From Octopus sinensis (lineage: Eukaryota): a DNA stretch of 64,000 bases. The translations under genes and the position numbers were made by a program. The notes under the pieces are model-generated. The model was not told the DNA's origin. It did not search any database and saw only the letters and a list, made by a program, of their open reading frames with translations. Positions 37,830 to 51,573 of this stretch are shown one piece after another; position 1 is the stretch's first letter, and each line of letters begins with the position of its first letter. Location of the stretch: positions 65,534,001-65,598,000 of the forward strand of contig NC_043009.1 of NCBI RefSeq assembly GCF_006345805.1, read 5' to 3'.

Positions 37830-39170
37830 ATCGGTGGTGGTGTAGGTAGTCGTAATGACGGCGGCGGAGGCGGTGGTGGTGGTGATGATGATTGATGATA
37901 ACGATGGTAATTGATGATGATGATGATAACGATGATGATTATGATGATGATGATGAAACTGGTGATGATGATGATGATGATGAGGATGATGAGGATGACG
38001 ACGACTCAGATGTTTCATCTGGCTCTCTTTCACTTTGATGTCGATATTGTCATCGTTTTTAATCTGAACGTTGCTGTTGTTGTTCTTGTAATTGTTGTTG
38101 CTGATATTGTTGCTAATGATGATGATGATGATGACGACGACGTCGATGATGATGAGGATGATGATGATCATCATTATCATTATCATGACGACGACGACGA
38201 CGGTGGCGGCGGCGGCGGCGATGATGCTGATGTGATCAGTCCGTATGAATATCACAGACAGCGCCCTCTCTCGTTTGATATACAACCACTAAATGATGTA
38301 TGACGTTATGAAATATTCAAACAATCACTGGGCTGTTATTACAGCTGATATAACTCTACTCCGTCATTTGAAATGCCGGACAATGGATGCGGCGGCGGCG
38401 GTGGTGGTGGTGGTGGTCGCAGTCATAGTGTTAACGCTTTCGGCAGTGGTGGCGGCGGCGGCGGCGATGGAATTGTTCTTTATGTCGATGTTGGTGATGG
38501 AGTTATTGCCATTTGGTGTAGTTGATGAAGGTGGCAGTGAAAATTGCGGTGGTGGTGGTTGTGCTGGTGGTGGTGGTTGTGCTAGTGGTGGTGGTGGTAG
38601 TGGTTGTGCTAGTGGTGGTGGTGGTGGTGGTTGTGCTAGTGGTGGTGGTGGTAGTGGTGGTTGTGGTGGTGGTGGTGGTTGTGCTAGTGGTGGTGGTGGT
38701 AGTGGTTGTGCTGGTGGTGGTGGTGGTGGTTGTGCTAGTGGTGGTGGTGGTAGTGGTGGTTGTGCTGGTGGTGGTGGTGGTGGTGGTTGGTGGTGGTGGT
38801 GGTGGTTGTGCTAGTGGTGGTGGTGGTAGTGGTTGTGCTGGTGGTGGTGGTGGTGGTTGTGCTAGTGATGGTGGTGGTAGTGGTGGTTGTGGTGGTGGTG
38901 GTGGTTGTGCTAGTGGTGGTGGTGGTTGTGCTTGTGGTGGTGGTGGTAGTGGTGGTTGTGGTGGTTGTGCTAGTGGTGGTGGTGGTGGTAGTGCTTGTGG
39001 TGGTGGTGGTGCTTGTGGTTGTGGTGATGGTGGTGGTGGTTGTGGTGGTGACGGTGGCGGTGACGTGGTGGTGATGATGATGATGATGGTAGCATTGGCG
39101 GCGGCGGTGGCGGTGGCGGTGATGCTGGCAGTGGCACTGGTGTAGGTGTTGTTGTTAGTGACTGCGAAGC
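37830..39170. repeat. Trinucleotide low-complexity block: (GAT)n, then (GGT)n punctuated by TGTGCT(AGT)
   Basis: Direct reading; higher-order GGT/TGT-GCT-AGT units at ~38545-39030. Confidence 0.92.
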
Positions 39171-39619
39171 TGCTAGTTGTTGTTTACATTGTTGTTCGTG
39201 TTAGTTTATGATTGTCCTAATCGCTGTTGTTTAACCAACCGCAACTCAGGTATGATTGATCAGACTGATAATCAAAGGTATTCCAAACGTGCCCATCCCG
39301 TCTTTTCTGGCGTACAGGAGTATCAGAACAATATCGTCCAATGTGCTTTTTTTTTCTCTAAGACTGAAGAGTTAAAATTCAGGGAAAATCGACAGTGATT
39401 TCTAGCAGCTAAGGTGACCATGTAGAGGCACCTTGATAATCGGCGGATAAAGTAGTGGTAGCAGTAATGAGAGGTCAATGCGGATCGATCGGGTGGCTTT
39501 GTGGGTTGTTGTTATTATGGTGGCGTTTGCAGGGGTAGCAGGGGTAGTGCTGGGCGACGAGAAGAGAAGGGCGAGTAAATATAATAAATGAGGCTAATTT
39601 GAAATTAAATCAAATGGAA

Positions 39620-39805
39620 GGAAGCGAGCTGGCAGGATTGTCGGCATGCCGGAAAAAATGCTTAGCGGCATTTCGTCCGGTTTTATTGTCTGAGTTCAAA
39701 TTCTGCTGAGGTCAATAAAACGAGTACCAGTCGAATACTGGGGTTGATGTAATCGATTTACCCTTCCTCCGAAATTGCTGATCTGGTGCCAGCATTTGAA
39801 ACCAA
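39620..39805 (+). mobile_element. Old SINE family A copy
   Basis: gcgagctggcagga...gcttagcggcatttcgtc...gagttcaaattctgctgaggtc...ctggggttgatgtaatcgat. Confidence 0.75.
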
Positions 39806-40319
39806 TTTCAAGTTCCAAAACATGAATTAAGATAACGACTGCAAGAGCAGAAAACAAAAAAGACAAAATGTAAAAGGGAAAATGCTGTAGCATTGCCGTA
39901 ACCTTCTAATAAAGCTAGAAAAAAAGAATAAAAGAGTTGTCTGGTTCTGAGTGGCGAATGGTAAATATGGAATGAAAATTTCATCGACATTGCTGAATTG
40001 ATTGCGTTTTGTCCATGTTACCGTTTTATAAGGAATTATATTACTGAAAGCTCTCACACCAATTTTCACTGTATATATATAAATACCGAATCAGATGCTC
40101 CCCACACACACAGATACATGAGCACACAAACACACATACATACATGGCGATGATGATGATGTTGATGACGATGATGAGGATGGGGATGAGGATGATGATG
40201 TTGGCTGTCCACTCGTGTCCGAGGTAGACCATCATCCATGGAAAATGTATTTATCTATGTATGTATTTAGTCATTGCTTTAAAACAGTTGATCTCTTTCC
40301 ATAGCTTAAGGTTTTGGGT

Positions 40320-42400
40320 GTCGGATCTCCAATCTTTATGAAATCTATCCATCTTATCCTTGCACCTTCTTTGATGCCAACCTCTATTTCTTTGGGGTTC
40401 CCTCGGAATCCATTAGACAAAGTTTCCGTTCACCCCTTATTACTCGCCCTCTGCATTTGTCCAACTCAACTCCATTTCAACAATTTCATGAACGTGATTC
40501 ATTTTGGTCTTATTTTGTCAAACCCATTTCAATTTTGATGGTCTTTCTAAGTCTTTCTAAACAAAATTCATCAATGGGCAAGATACGCTGTTTTAGCTTG
40601 ATTGTTAGGAAATTTCTTGGCTTTCGAATTCCATTAACCTTCAACACGTCCATTGAGCCTTTAAAACATTTTGCTCCTCTTTCACGAATGAAGGTTTCCC
40701 ACTGAAGATGATTTCCAGTTTTACATCTTTTTCTTCGTCTGGTTGCTTTATTATAAATTCCCCGAAATAAATATAATTGTTTTCTATTTGTAAAGAATCA
40801 AGAACTTCATCTTCTAATTGGTTGAAATAAGATTCTTTTGAAAGTTCATTTCTTAGTTTTTCTTTTTCTGTATTGAGTTTTTCTAGCAAAGTTTGGAATT
40901 CAGCCTCACCTCCTAACACAAAATTATATCATCTATTAATAGAAAGCATATATAATATATACCGTTAATCTTAGTCCCCTGTTTTCCTTCTCTTTTCTGC
41001 AGTTTTCAAATCATTTAAAAGTTGACTATGGTTAACTTAAAGACAGTAGAACCCCACCCAACTCTCAGGCGTTTTCAGAGAAAATTTATCCATATTTTTT
41101 CTGTAGTCTGATTAAAAGGTGTAACATGGTGCTAGATGTTTCTTAAGACGTTGCTTTTTGCTGTTTTACACCTCGGTTATGGTTTTCACCACTTCTGATA
41201 ATCCACAAAACCTGTTGTAGATTTTAATGTTATATTTTGTTATGTTTTAATGCGGTGGTTCACGGCTCGTAGTTGACAAAATTGAAAATGCAACTGGTCC
41301 ATGAAAGAGGATTTCGTCTATTTGTTTGTCATGGGCTGTGATAATAGCTTGTATATGATACTTACAAGGTTTATAGTTTGGTCTTTTTGTTTAATAGAAT
41401 GGTTATTGAATTTTCCTTTGCCAGAAACAAGCGCTGAGGAGTTTTGCGACTTGTCTTAATATTGTCTCTCCTGCATCTTTTAAGGCTTAATTTTTCTTCT
41501 CCTGCAGTTTTACTTTCTTCAGTTGTTAATTCATGTGGGTGGCATAATTTCTGAAATTTCTCATGCCATTGTAATATGAATGACTAGCAGTATCGCCCGG
41601 CGTTGCTCGAGTTTGTAAGGGAAATAACTATATAAGCATTTTTAGAGATGTAAAGTATAATAGCCATCTCAATATGGCTAACCACAAAGGTGGGGGGGTG
41701 TTAATGTAGATTTTTACGTTCTGAGATTTAATAATAAATTTTTACAGAGTTACTTCCCTTATATATGCCAAAAATGCATTAAAAATGGGAAAAATTGACG
41801 GTAAATTATTTTTTAAATCGGAGGCTCATCGTAGACGCGCACTAATACCCAGAAGGGCTCGATATGAATCACGACTATAAGATACCCGGTTTTGGTTAAA
41901 CTGCACCGCAAAATGTGGGAGTAGTTAGGAATCTAAATTGTAGGAGACAGACAGCACACAACCTCTCTTTTATATATGAATGATATTGCTTTCTATAAGG
42001 TTGCTTTTGTCGTCGCCATTGTCTTCGTTACTGGCACTGGGTTACAGGTTTTGATAGAACACTATTGAAATTCCAGTGGCCCATTTTCTTCTACAGTTTG
42101 TCAAGATTGTAGCTTCATTATAATGGTACCATTTCACCTTATTCCTTGCTTATTTTCTTCATCAGCCGACTTAAATCCCTTATAGTGTAAAATTTCTTCA
42201 TCGAAATAACTCGTGCTATCTTTTTCGGTTATTCCGCTCTTTTTCGCATATTTCTTTATAGAATACCGCATCTTCTATGTCTTTTTTTCCGTATTTTTTT
42301 TAAAAAATAGTTTGTTATTGCTTCCATCACCCACTTCCCTGTGATTTTCTGCCAATTTTGCGAGAGCTTTGAGTAGATTAATATTTAAAGCTACTGCGTT
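40320..42400 (-). mobile_element. Decayed RTE-clade LINE reverse-transcriptase region, interrupted by a Helitron-like insert
   Basis: Minus-strand motifs in the expected order: GFVDYQK; DDIIL; EFQTLLEKLNTE; ENNYIYFG; KWSWVGQM; WIPREPQRNRG. Numerous stops and frameshifts. Confidence 0.75.
41584..41979 (-). mobile_element. Non-autonomous Helitron-like element (~396 bp)
   Basis: Minus strand starts TCATATATAAAAGAGAGG and ends CTCGAGCAACGCCGGGCGATACTGCTAG|T. Confidence 0.8.
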
Positions 42401-42469
42401 GCTTGTTTGTGTAGTATTGAGAACTCTTTATTCCAACAGTCAACATTAAACATGCGCGTATGCTTTGTG

Positions 42470-42477
42470 TGTGCATG

Positions 42478-42508
<31 letters not shown>

Positions 42509-42555
42509 CTGTGTGTGTGTGTGTGTATGTGTGTTGTGTGTGTGTGTGTGTGTTT

Positions 42556-42608
<53 letters not shown>

Positions 42609-42717
42609 GTTTGTTGTGTGTGTGTGTGGTGTGTGTGTGTGTGTGTGTGTTTGTTGTGTGTGTGTGTGTGTGTGTTGTGTGTGTGTGTGTGTGTTGTGTG
42701 TGTTGTGTGTGTGTTTG

Positions 42718-42770
<53 letters not shown>

Positions 42771-42913
42771 GTTTGTGTGTGTGTGGTGTTTGTGTGTGTG
42801 GTGTGTGTGTGTTTTGTGTGTGTGTGGTGTGTTGTGGTGTGTGTGTGTTGTGTGTGTGTGTTGTGTTGTGTGTGTGTGTGTGTGTGTTTGTGTGTGCGTG
42901 TATGTGTGTGTTT

Positions 42914-42950
<37 letters not shown>

Positions 42951-42957
42951 TGTGTGT
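42470..42957. repeat. Degenerate (GT)n microsatellite
   Basis: Direct reading; another (GT)n tract at 44675-44843. Confidence 0.97.
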
Positions 42958-44682
42958 AGAAATACAGATAAGAAATTAAAGAAAGGGCAAAGGAACTAGA
43001 ATTGCGTAATCAACGTCATTGTATTTAATTATATATATATATATTATATATATATATATATATATGTATACAGACATATGCATGTTAGTGTGCATGTATT
43101 ATGTAGGTATTTCTGCTGTCAAAGTAGAAAACTCTTGGTCAATGCCGTAAGAAGACATTCACTTGAATCGTTGAAACATGTAACTTAAAACTTATGTAAA
43201 ATTTAAAAGGGAGTTTCTCTTGTTCTTGTCAAAAATATCAAAATATTATTTGTCATTGTGTAATACCTTTTGGGTTTTTTTCATGACATCATAGTTATTT
43301 GTTAATAACCATTTAATGATTCCACCTTTAATTATGTAATGAATTTCATTATTATTATAATTTTAGGTGAATGAATAAAGTGTATATCAATCTACGTAAT
43401 ACCGTTTGCGTATGTTCAGCTGTAGATACAGCAATAATGAGTCGGCTTCGAGCTGGTTCTCGATTCTGTTGTAATTACATCTGGTATATCATCGCATCAT
43501 CACTCATCTTATGCTTCAGGATGGAATTAAAGTGTAAAGATGGATAACATAAAATGTTGTAAGGTAACTAACATCTGCAGCAAGACACAAACAGGTACAA
43601 CAGATTGTCTGCTTCTAATGAATTATTAGTTTAGAAATAGATATTACATAAGGTGTACACATTTGACTAATGACCACCTTTAAAAATGGATTTAAATTAC
43701 CTTTAATTTTCGTCATTAGTTAGGAAATGAAGGTTCCCTGTTTGAATCCTACCTCTGTGTATGGCAATATCTAAGAATAGGACACGCGCTGGCGTTGTGA
43801 GATCAAAGAGATAGAAAGTTCCACCTCTGTTGATGAAGTTAACAGTTCCAGCATTGATAATCGCATTTTGACACATTGTTATAAATTTCTTGGATGTGGT
43901 CATAAGAGAAAGAATTTCCTTCGTGTTTCACTAGTAATTATTTTATACATTCCACAAATGCAAAACGCGAAATTTGAAGCCAGCGATAAAGTGTTTCTGT
44001 GTACGTTTGTCTTTGATACTCTTGAAGCAAATTGGTCTTTTTAAGCAAACCCTGGATACAGAGTATCTTTCTAGGATCATAAACGAAACTAAACTCTTTA
44101 AGTCATTAGCACAGTCTCATGTATTGTTTCCGCATTCTTGCAGGATTTTAATGCGAATTCCTGTGGTACACGCCAAAGACATAACGACGCGAGCTTAAAA
44201 ATGAATCTAGCTTGATGGATCGAACACTGTACATAGCTGTACTTATCCATTTCGGGCTGCGTTAGAACTCAGGATACTGGAAGGTATATTAATCTATCAT
44301 AAAATGCATTTTTGCAACAAGGTATACAGATATTAGATTGGCTCTGAGGAAGCCGATTATATCTAAGCACATTAGAATTAAAGACATCATTAAGAAATGA
44401 TAATATAGAAAGGTACGCCTGGTTCAGAGTGACATAGCGACACCTTATGAAACAAGATTAATGTTCTCTCACAGTATGTTTGCCACCGTAGTGTTTGGCA
44501 TCACCAGCTCAGAGAAGACATCTGTTGGATTTGCTGAAATAAGTAAGTTTTTCATTATTATTATTATTTTACGATGCACTTACTGAATTCGTCCACCTTT
44601 GATTCCCCTTGACATAAGCTTTTTCTTCAGAGCTTTTGTCAGTTAAAGAAAATCTCAATGTAATCTGCTTATATGCGTGTGC

Positions 44683-44740
<58 letters not shown>

Positions 44741-45132
44741 GTGTGTGTGCGTGTGTGTGTGTGTGTGTGTGTATGTGTGTGTGTACGTGCGTGCGTGTCT
44801 GTGTGTGTGTGTGTGTGTGTCTGTGTGCGTGTGTGTGTGTGTGGATAGACTCTCTCTTCGCTTTGGTGAATAAGGGTTGAGAAAGATACAGCAGTAAATC
44901 CACATCCGCTCCATGCCTGTGAAAAGTCTCCCATTACCGTATGGCAAGCTGTGTGCAGGATCAAACCTGTAGATTTCCAGCAGCATCTTGTATTTCCCTT
45001 TGTCACCTCTTCCTTTATCGCACTGGACTTCGCATGGTGGTGTTGGTGCTGGTGTCTTGGTTTACTGAGCAACCTGCACGATAAATATTATTACAGCGGA
45101 CAGGGTTGCGCAGAGCCAGCCCCAGTTCCCCG

Positions 45133-45230
45133 TCTGTGGAGTGCTCAGCCACTTGCACGTTAATTTCACGAGCAGGCTGTTCCGTTGATCGGATCAACTG
45201 GAACACTCGTCGTCGTAACCGATGGAGTAA
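45133..45230 (+). mobile_element. Family-D1 3' module without the D head
   Basis: gtctgtggagtgctcagccacttgcacgttaatttcacgagcaggctgttccgttgatcggatcaactggaac...gtcgtcgtaaccga matches the reverse complement of 46530-46625. Confidence 0.85.
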
Positions 45231-46527
45231 CACGTATAAGCAGTCACTGCAAAATAACAACAACAAAAAAAAGCAAGGCTAAAAGTTTGCATTGTTCCCC
45301 AAACATTTTAATATGGAACGCAGTTAGCTGTTCGTTTTTGTAAGGAAGTTGAGCAGTTTCATGGTCCGCGGATGATTGGCCGTTCCTTCATAGGAACGAG
45401 TATGACAAAACAGGCATGCGCAAACTTGTTAATGGGGAAAACGCGCGATCCAATTACAGGAAGTGTTTTATGGCGAAATTGGGGGACATTATAGCTCCCG
45501 GAATATGCTTACTACGAAGGGGGAAGCACCCCTATGCCATCAGTCCCTTAAACCTTTATCTTTGTGCAGTTGTAGTCGTTCTATTTTTGTCTTTTGCTTT
45601 TTTTCTGCTGTAGTTGCTGCTCTTGTATGACTGCTTGTTGTTGTTGTTGTCGTGATATTGGTAAGTTATATATTTCTTACATCTTTCGTGATTGTTTTTA
45701 TTGTCGTTGCTGTTATAGAAGTTGTGTGTTTGTCTGTTGTAATCGTTTGATATCCGATACATAGTAAACCTAGAATGAAACGAAATCTATAATCATAAAC
45801 AAGGTACATAAGGAATTTTAGTTGAAATAAAAATCAAATCACTAAAGTACACTGCCACACCCATTTAGTAGACTATTCTAGAACAAATCATGGTTTTCAT
45901 ATTCCACAATCTGATAGGTCCCAAATTACCATTTTATATTGTTACGACATTAAAGAAATGGTACGAAACTATTCCACGAAGGTTTTGAAAACGGTTGAAA
46001 ATCAACTGCTTCAGAAGAATTTAAGAGCGAAGAAGAATTTGACTTCCAGAAACCCAAAGATCTTAAATATAGGAAAAACAAAATATGGTTTATCCTCAGA
46101 GATATTTTGATAGTTTTTGCAAATGATCAATATTGAATACATTGTATGGTAGATGTGATATAACCCCACCACCAGAATTATTAGTCAGCGTACTAATGAG
46201 TTAATCTTGAAGATGACACCGTATGTTATTCAATAGAACAATTGTTAGAGCATGGTAATGGTCTACAGTATTCTGTAGATATAAGCAGAAACTTGGAAAT
46301 GCTGATGGAAACATTATATTACCTGAAGCAGACATAGTTTTCATACAGCACTTATCAGAGCGTACAAACTGGCTCCATGCTGAAACCGTGAAGCTCTCAT
46401 AGAAGAAAACATTAAAATAACACGATTTGGAAACAAGGCAGAAATTCAGAATTTAACAATAGATTTATTATGAAAAACAAAAGCCGGAAGGAATTTTTAT
46501 CGGTTTATCACAAACCTGGTGGTGGAA

Positions 46528-46906
46528 GCACTCCGTCGGTTACGACGACGAGGGTTCCGGTTGATCCGATCAACGGAACAGCCTGCTCGTGAAATTAACC
46601 TGTAAGTGGCTGAGCACTCCACAGACACGTGTACCCTTAACGCAGTTCTCGGGGATATTCAGCGTGACACAGAGGGTGACAAGGCCGGCCCTTTGAAATA
46701 CAGGTACAACAGAAACAGGAAGTAAGAGTGAGAGAAAGTTGTGGTGAAAGAGTACAGCAGGGATCACCACTATCCCCTGCCGGAGCCTCGTCGAGCTTTA
46801 GGTGTTTTCGCTCAATAAACACTCACAACGCCCGGTCTGGGAATCGAAACCGCAATCCTACGACCGCGAGTCCGCTGCCCTAACCGCTGGGCCATTGCGC
46901 CTCCAC
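46528..46906 (-). mobile_element. Full-length SINE family D1 with 13-bp TSD (one mismatch)
   Basis: A box TGGCCCAGCGGTTAG; B box GGTTTCGATTCCC; ATCAC(A/G)AACCTGG at 46507-46519 and 46908-46920. Confidence 0.92.
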
Positions 46907-47379
46907 AATCACGAACCTGGAAGAGTAACATTAATGAAATCAACGGAAAAGAAAACTACCTCGAAACTCTCCGTTTAGTGTAGCTGTTATTATATTAGTA
47001 ACTAAAAGCTTCTCTTCGTATTGTAACTACTAAAAAAATTTAAATGCAAACCCCAACAAATTTTTTTACATTAGCATGCGTAATTTTATAGAAATTATTC
47101 CTTCTTCCTAGAAGTTTAAATAAATCCACCTTCAAAAAATTCCAAGACATTATATAATGAAATTACATTAACATCAATAATTGCTCCCTTTGTAAATATA
47201 TATTGTAAAACAAACTTCAGTAGAAAACAATAACATTTAAAAAGCTATATTGTGTCATAATTCTAATCCGTTAAACTTTCAATATCTTAACATAACATTG
47301 CGCTTCACAAGTTAACACTAAATCACAGATCGATATAAATCAGAATGGGGAATTGCATCGTCACAGAAATCAGAGAATA

Positions 47380-47550
47380 TCACAGCTCTATATTTAAGTG
47401 ACGAGGAAATATATACGTTATTTACTTTATTAATATTTGACGGATATTTGTCCTCATCTTGTTTGTTGTTAACAACGTTTCGGCTGATATACCCTCCAGC
47501 ATTCATCAGGTGTCTTGGGAAAATTTCGAACCTGAGTTCCTAAGGCATTA
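47380..47550 (-). mobile_element. Penelope-like terminal-repeat fragment with degenerate hammerhead motif
   Basis: Minus strand GACAC-CTGATGA-AT-GCTG-gagggtatat-CAGC-C-GAAA-CGTT. Confidence 0.55.
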
Positions 47551-47796
47551 TTATTATTGTTCAGTAAATTAATGATCCTATTTTCAAATAAGCCTTACAG
47601 GGCACATATGATCTAAATTATACACGTGTGTGTGTGTTTATATGTGTAGCTATAAACGTATATATACGTCCCCTCATGTATGCACATATTTATATTTATA
47701 CATACATGAATATATATATATATATGCATGTATGTAATATATATTCGCAAATATCGAACAGCGAGAATGAATGTTCAACGCTGCATTCATATATAT

Positions 47797-47956
<160 letters not shown>

Positions 47957-48352
47957 TCCTTTCTTCTCTAGGCACAAGGTCCGAAATTTGGTGGGAGGAG
48001 ACCAATCGATTAGATCAACCCTAGTACGCAACTGGTATTTAATTTATCGACTCTGAAAGGATAAAAGGCAAAGTCGACTTCGGCGGAATTTGAACTCAGA
48101 ACATAAAGACAGATGAAATATCTATTTCTTTACTACCCATAAGGGGCTAAACACAGAGAGGACAAACAAGGACAGACAAACGGATTAAGTCGATTATATC
48201 GACCTCAGTGCATAACTGGTACTCATTTAATTGACCCAGAAAGGATGAAAGGCAAAGTCGACCTCGGCGGAATTTGAACTCAGAACGTAGCTGCAGACGA
48301 AATACCGCTTAGCATTTCGCCCAGCGTGCTAACGTTTCTGCCAGCTCACCGG
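47957..48352 (-). mobile_element. SINE family A dimer (A2a joined to a headless A1)
   Basis: Junction GATGAAATAT|CTATTTCTTTACTACCC at ~48120/48121. Confidence 0.9.
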
Positions 48353-48534
48353 CATATAGATAAATAAATATTGGTGAATGAGGGAAGTTGATGTTGCTGC
48401 CCTCATCTACGTAGTGGTACTCTCGAGAGGAGATCCAGTTTCTTTTGAAGACACCTACATACTCCCCATGCAGAGGTTTCTCAGGCTTTTGGGGAGAACA
48501 ATACGAAATTGTTGTCGCATTAGGTTTTGTGTAT

Positions 48535-48585
<51 letters not shown>

Positions 48586-48766
48586 TATATACACACATAC
48601 ACATACATATATATATGTATGTATGTATGTATGTACATATATCTAAATAAATGAATATAAATATATGTATGCATATATGTGTATATGTATGTATATATAT
48701 ACCTACACATATATATATATACATATATACATATATATATACATGCATACATATATATATATATAT

Positions 48767-48813
<47 letters not shown>

Positions 48814-49059
48814 ATATATATATATACATACTTGAAAAAGGATGCGTGGCGTTCGATCATATAATAATATATAAATATATAAGTATATGCATATATACAT
48901 ACATATATGTACATACCATCATATATATGTATATATATTCATCTATATATACATATATATGTAGGTATGTACATATATGTATATATACATATATTTATAT
49001 ATTTATATATTTATTTATTTATATATATATATATATTATATATATACATATATATATAT

Positions 49060-49530
49060 AACCAATTTATATACATTATATATAAGCATTTATGTACACA
49101 CACATACACTCTGCACACACACCGCACACACACATAAATGTCTGCGTGTTTGTATTTGTATGGATATATGTGCATATAGTTATGATCACGTGTGAGTTTT
49201 CACGTTAATGAGGGTGCCTCTGTAAAAGTGTATATCTATGTACGTCTCGACGTCCGTTTCTTTTCGTGTCCTGTCAAACTCCGACACCTCCGGCCCCTAC
49301 AAGGTATCTATCAATAATTTAAGCAGAACCATTCTGTGTGTACCTGTGAGCTGGGCAATGCCTTCTTTAATCTGAGTATGTGCGTTAATCATTAGCATTG
49401 CCATTATTATTATCATCATTATTGTTATTATTATTTTTGGTGGTGATGGTGGTGGGTGTGTTAGTACTAGTAGCAGTAGTTAGTTATAGTAGTAGTGGTA
49501 ACAGTATTAGTATGACATGTATGTAAATAT

Positions 49531-49587
<57 letters not shown>

Positions 49588-50620
49588 TATATAACCAATT
49601 TATATACATTATATATAAGCATTTATGTACACACACATACACTCTGCACACACACCGCACACACACATAAATGTCTGCGTGTTGTATTTGTATGGATATA
49701 TGTGCATATAGTTATGATCACGTGTGAGTTTTCACGTTAATGAGGGTGCCTCTGTAAAAGTGTATATCTATGTACGTCTCGACGTCCGTTTCTTTTCGTG
49801 TCCTGTCAAACTCCGACACCTCCGGCCCCTACAAGGTATCTATCAATAATTTAAGCAGAACCATTCTGTGTGTACCTGTGAGCTGGGCAATGCCTTCTTT
49901 AATCTGAGTATGTGCGTTAATCATTAGCATTGCCATTATTATTATCATCATTATTGTTATTATTATTTTTGGTGGTGATGGTGGTGGGTGTGTTAGTACT
50001 AGTAGCAGTAGTTAGTTATAGTAGTAGTGGTAACAGTATTAGTATGACATGTATGTAAATATATACATACATATATATATATATTATATATATATATATA
50101 TTATATATATTATATATATATATACATATATATATAACCAATTTATATACATTATATATAAGCATTTATGTACACACACATACACTCTGCACACACACCG
50201 CACACACACATAAATGTCTGCGTGTTGTATTTGTATGGATATATGTGCATATAGTTATGATCACGTGTGAGTTTTCACGTTAATGAGGGTGCCTCTGTAA
50301 AAGTGTATATCTATGTACGTCTCGACGTCCGTTTCTTTTCGTGTCCTGTCAAACTCCGACACCTCCGGCCCCTACAAGGTATCTATCAATAATTTAAGCA
50401 GAACCATTCTGTGTGTACCTGTGAGCTGGGCAATGCCTTCTTTAATCTGAGTATGTGCGTTAATCATTAGCATTGCCATTATTATTATCATCATTATTGT
50501 TATTATTATTTTTGGTGGTGATGGTGGTGGGTGTGTTAGTACTAGTAGCAGTAGTTAGTTATAGTAGTAGTGGTAACAGTATTAGTATGACATGTATGTA
50601 AATATATACATACATATATA
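49060..50620. repeat. Three near-identical tandem copies of a ~535-bp unit
   Basis: AACCAATTT starts at 49060, 49593 and 50136; units are separated by TA tracts of variable length. Confidence 0.97.
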
Positions 50621-50661
50621 TATATATAATATATATATATATATATTATAATATATATACA

Positions 50662-50717
<56 letters not shown>

Positions 50718-51573
50718 TATATAATATATATATAATATATATATGCATGTGTGTACACATATACATTTATATATGTGAGCATTTGTGCTACTGTATAGAT
50801 GTACTCCTGTGTGTATCTGTATAGTTGTGAGTGTGTGTGTGTGTATGTGTGTGCATTTGTGAATGTATGTATAGGAGTGTCCAGTCCATCCTGTGTATAT
50901 CATCGGTCGTCCAGCAGTAAATCTCGCCGGCTTGACGTGATTCTCGTTGGGATATCAGTTAAAGGTTTGCTCATAGTTTGCTCTAAAGACTTCATTGTTT
51001 ATTACCTATTACTTCTGACAGCATAATGTTTAGAAGAAGGTAACCAACAACAACAACAACAACAACAACTACAACATCACCAACAACGACGACGACGATG
51101 GCAGCACAGTTCGGAGACTTCTACGAAGGCAATTACTATAAAAGCTACTGCCATCACAACAACAACGACAAACGAATGCGACTACAACAACTCAATCAAC
51201 AACAACGATTATTATAAATACAACTACAACAACTGGATAACAATTCTTACAACAGAAATAATCTCGACAATTATCTAGACCAGTCGGTACAATGACAGCA
51301 ACAAAGCATACTATGTCTACAACAATAACAACAATAACAACTACCCTTACAACAACAACAACAGCATCAACAACAAAATGCTATGATAAGAATCATTACA
51401 ACAATAAACACAGTAATATCTCTGCCAGATCTGTCATAAATCACGTCTTACCGTCTAAAAATGAAAAGAGCAATGTAGCCCTGCATATGTAAAAGGATGG
51501 AATGGTCATGTCTGGAATGTCTGCTGAATGAGTGTTGATCTCGTGTTGAACAACAATAACAGCAACAACAGCA

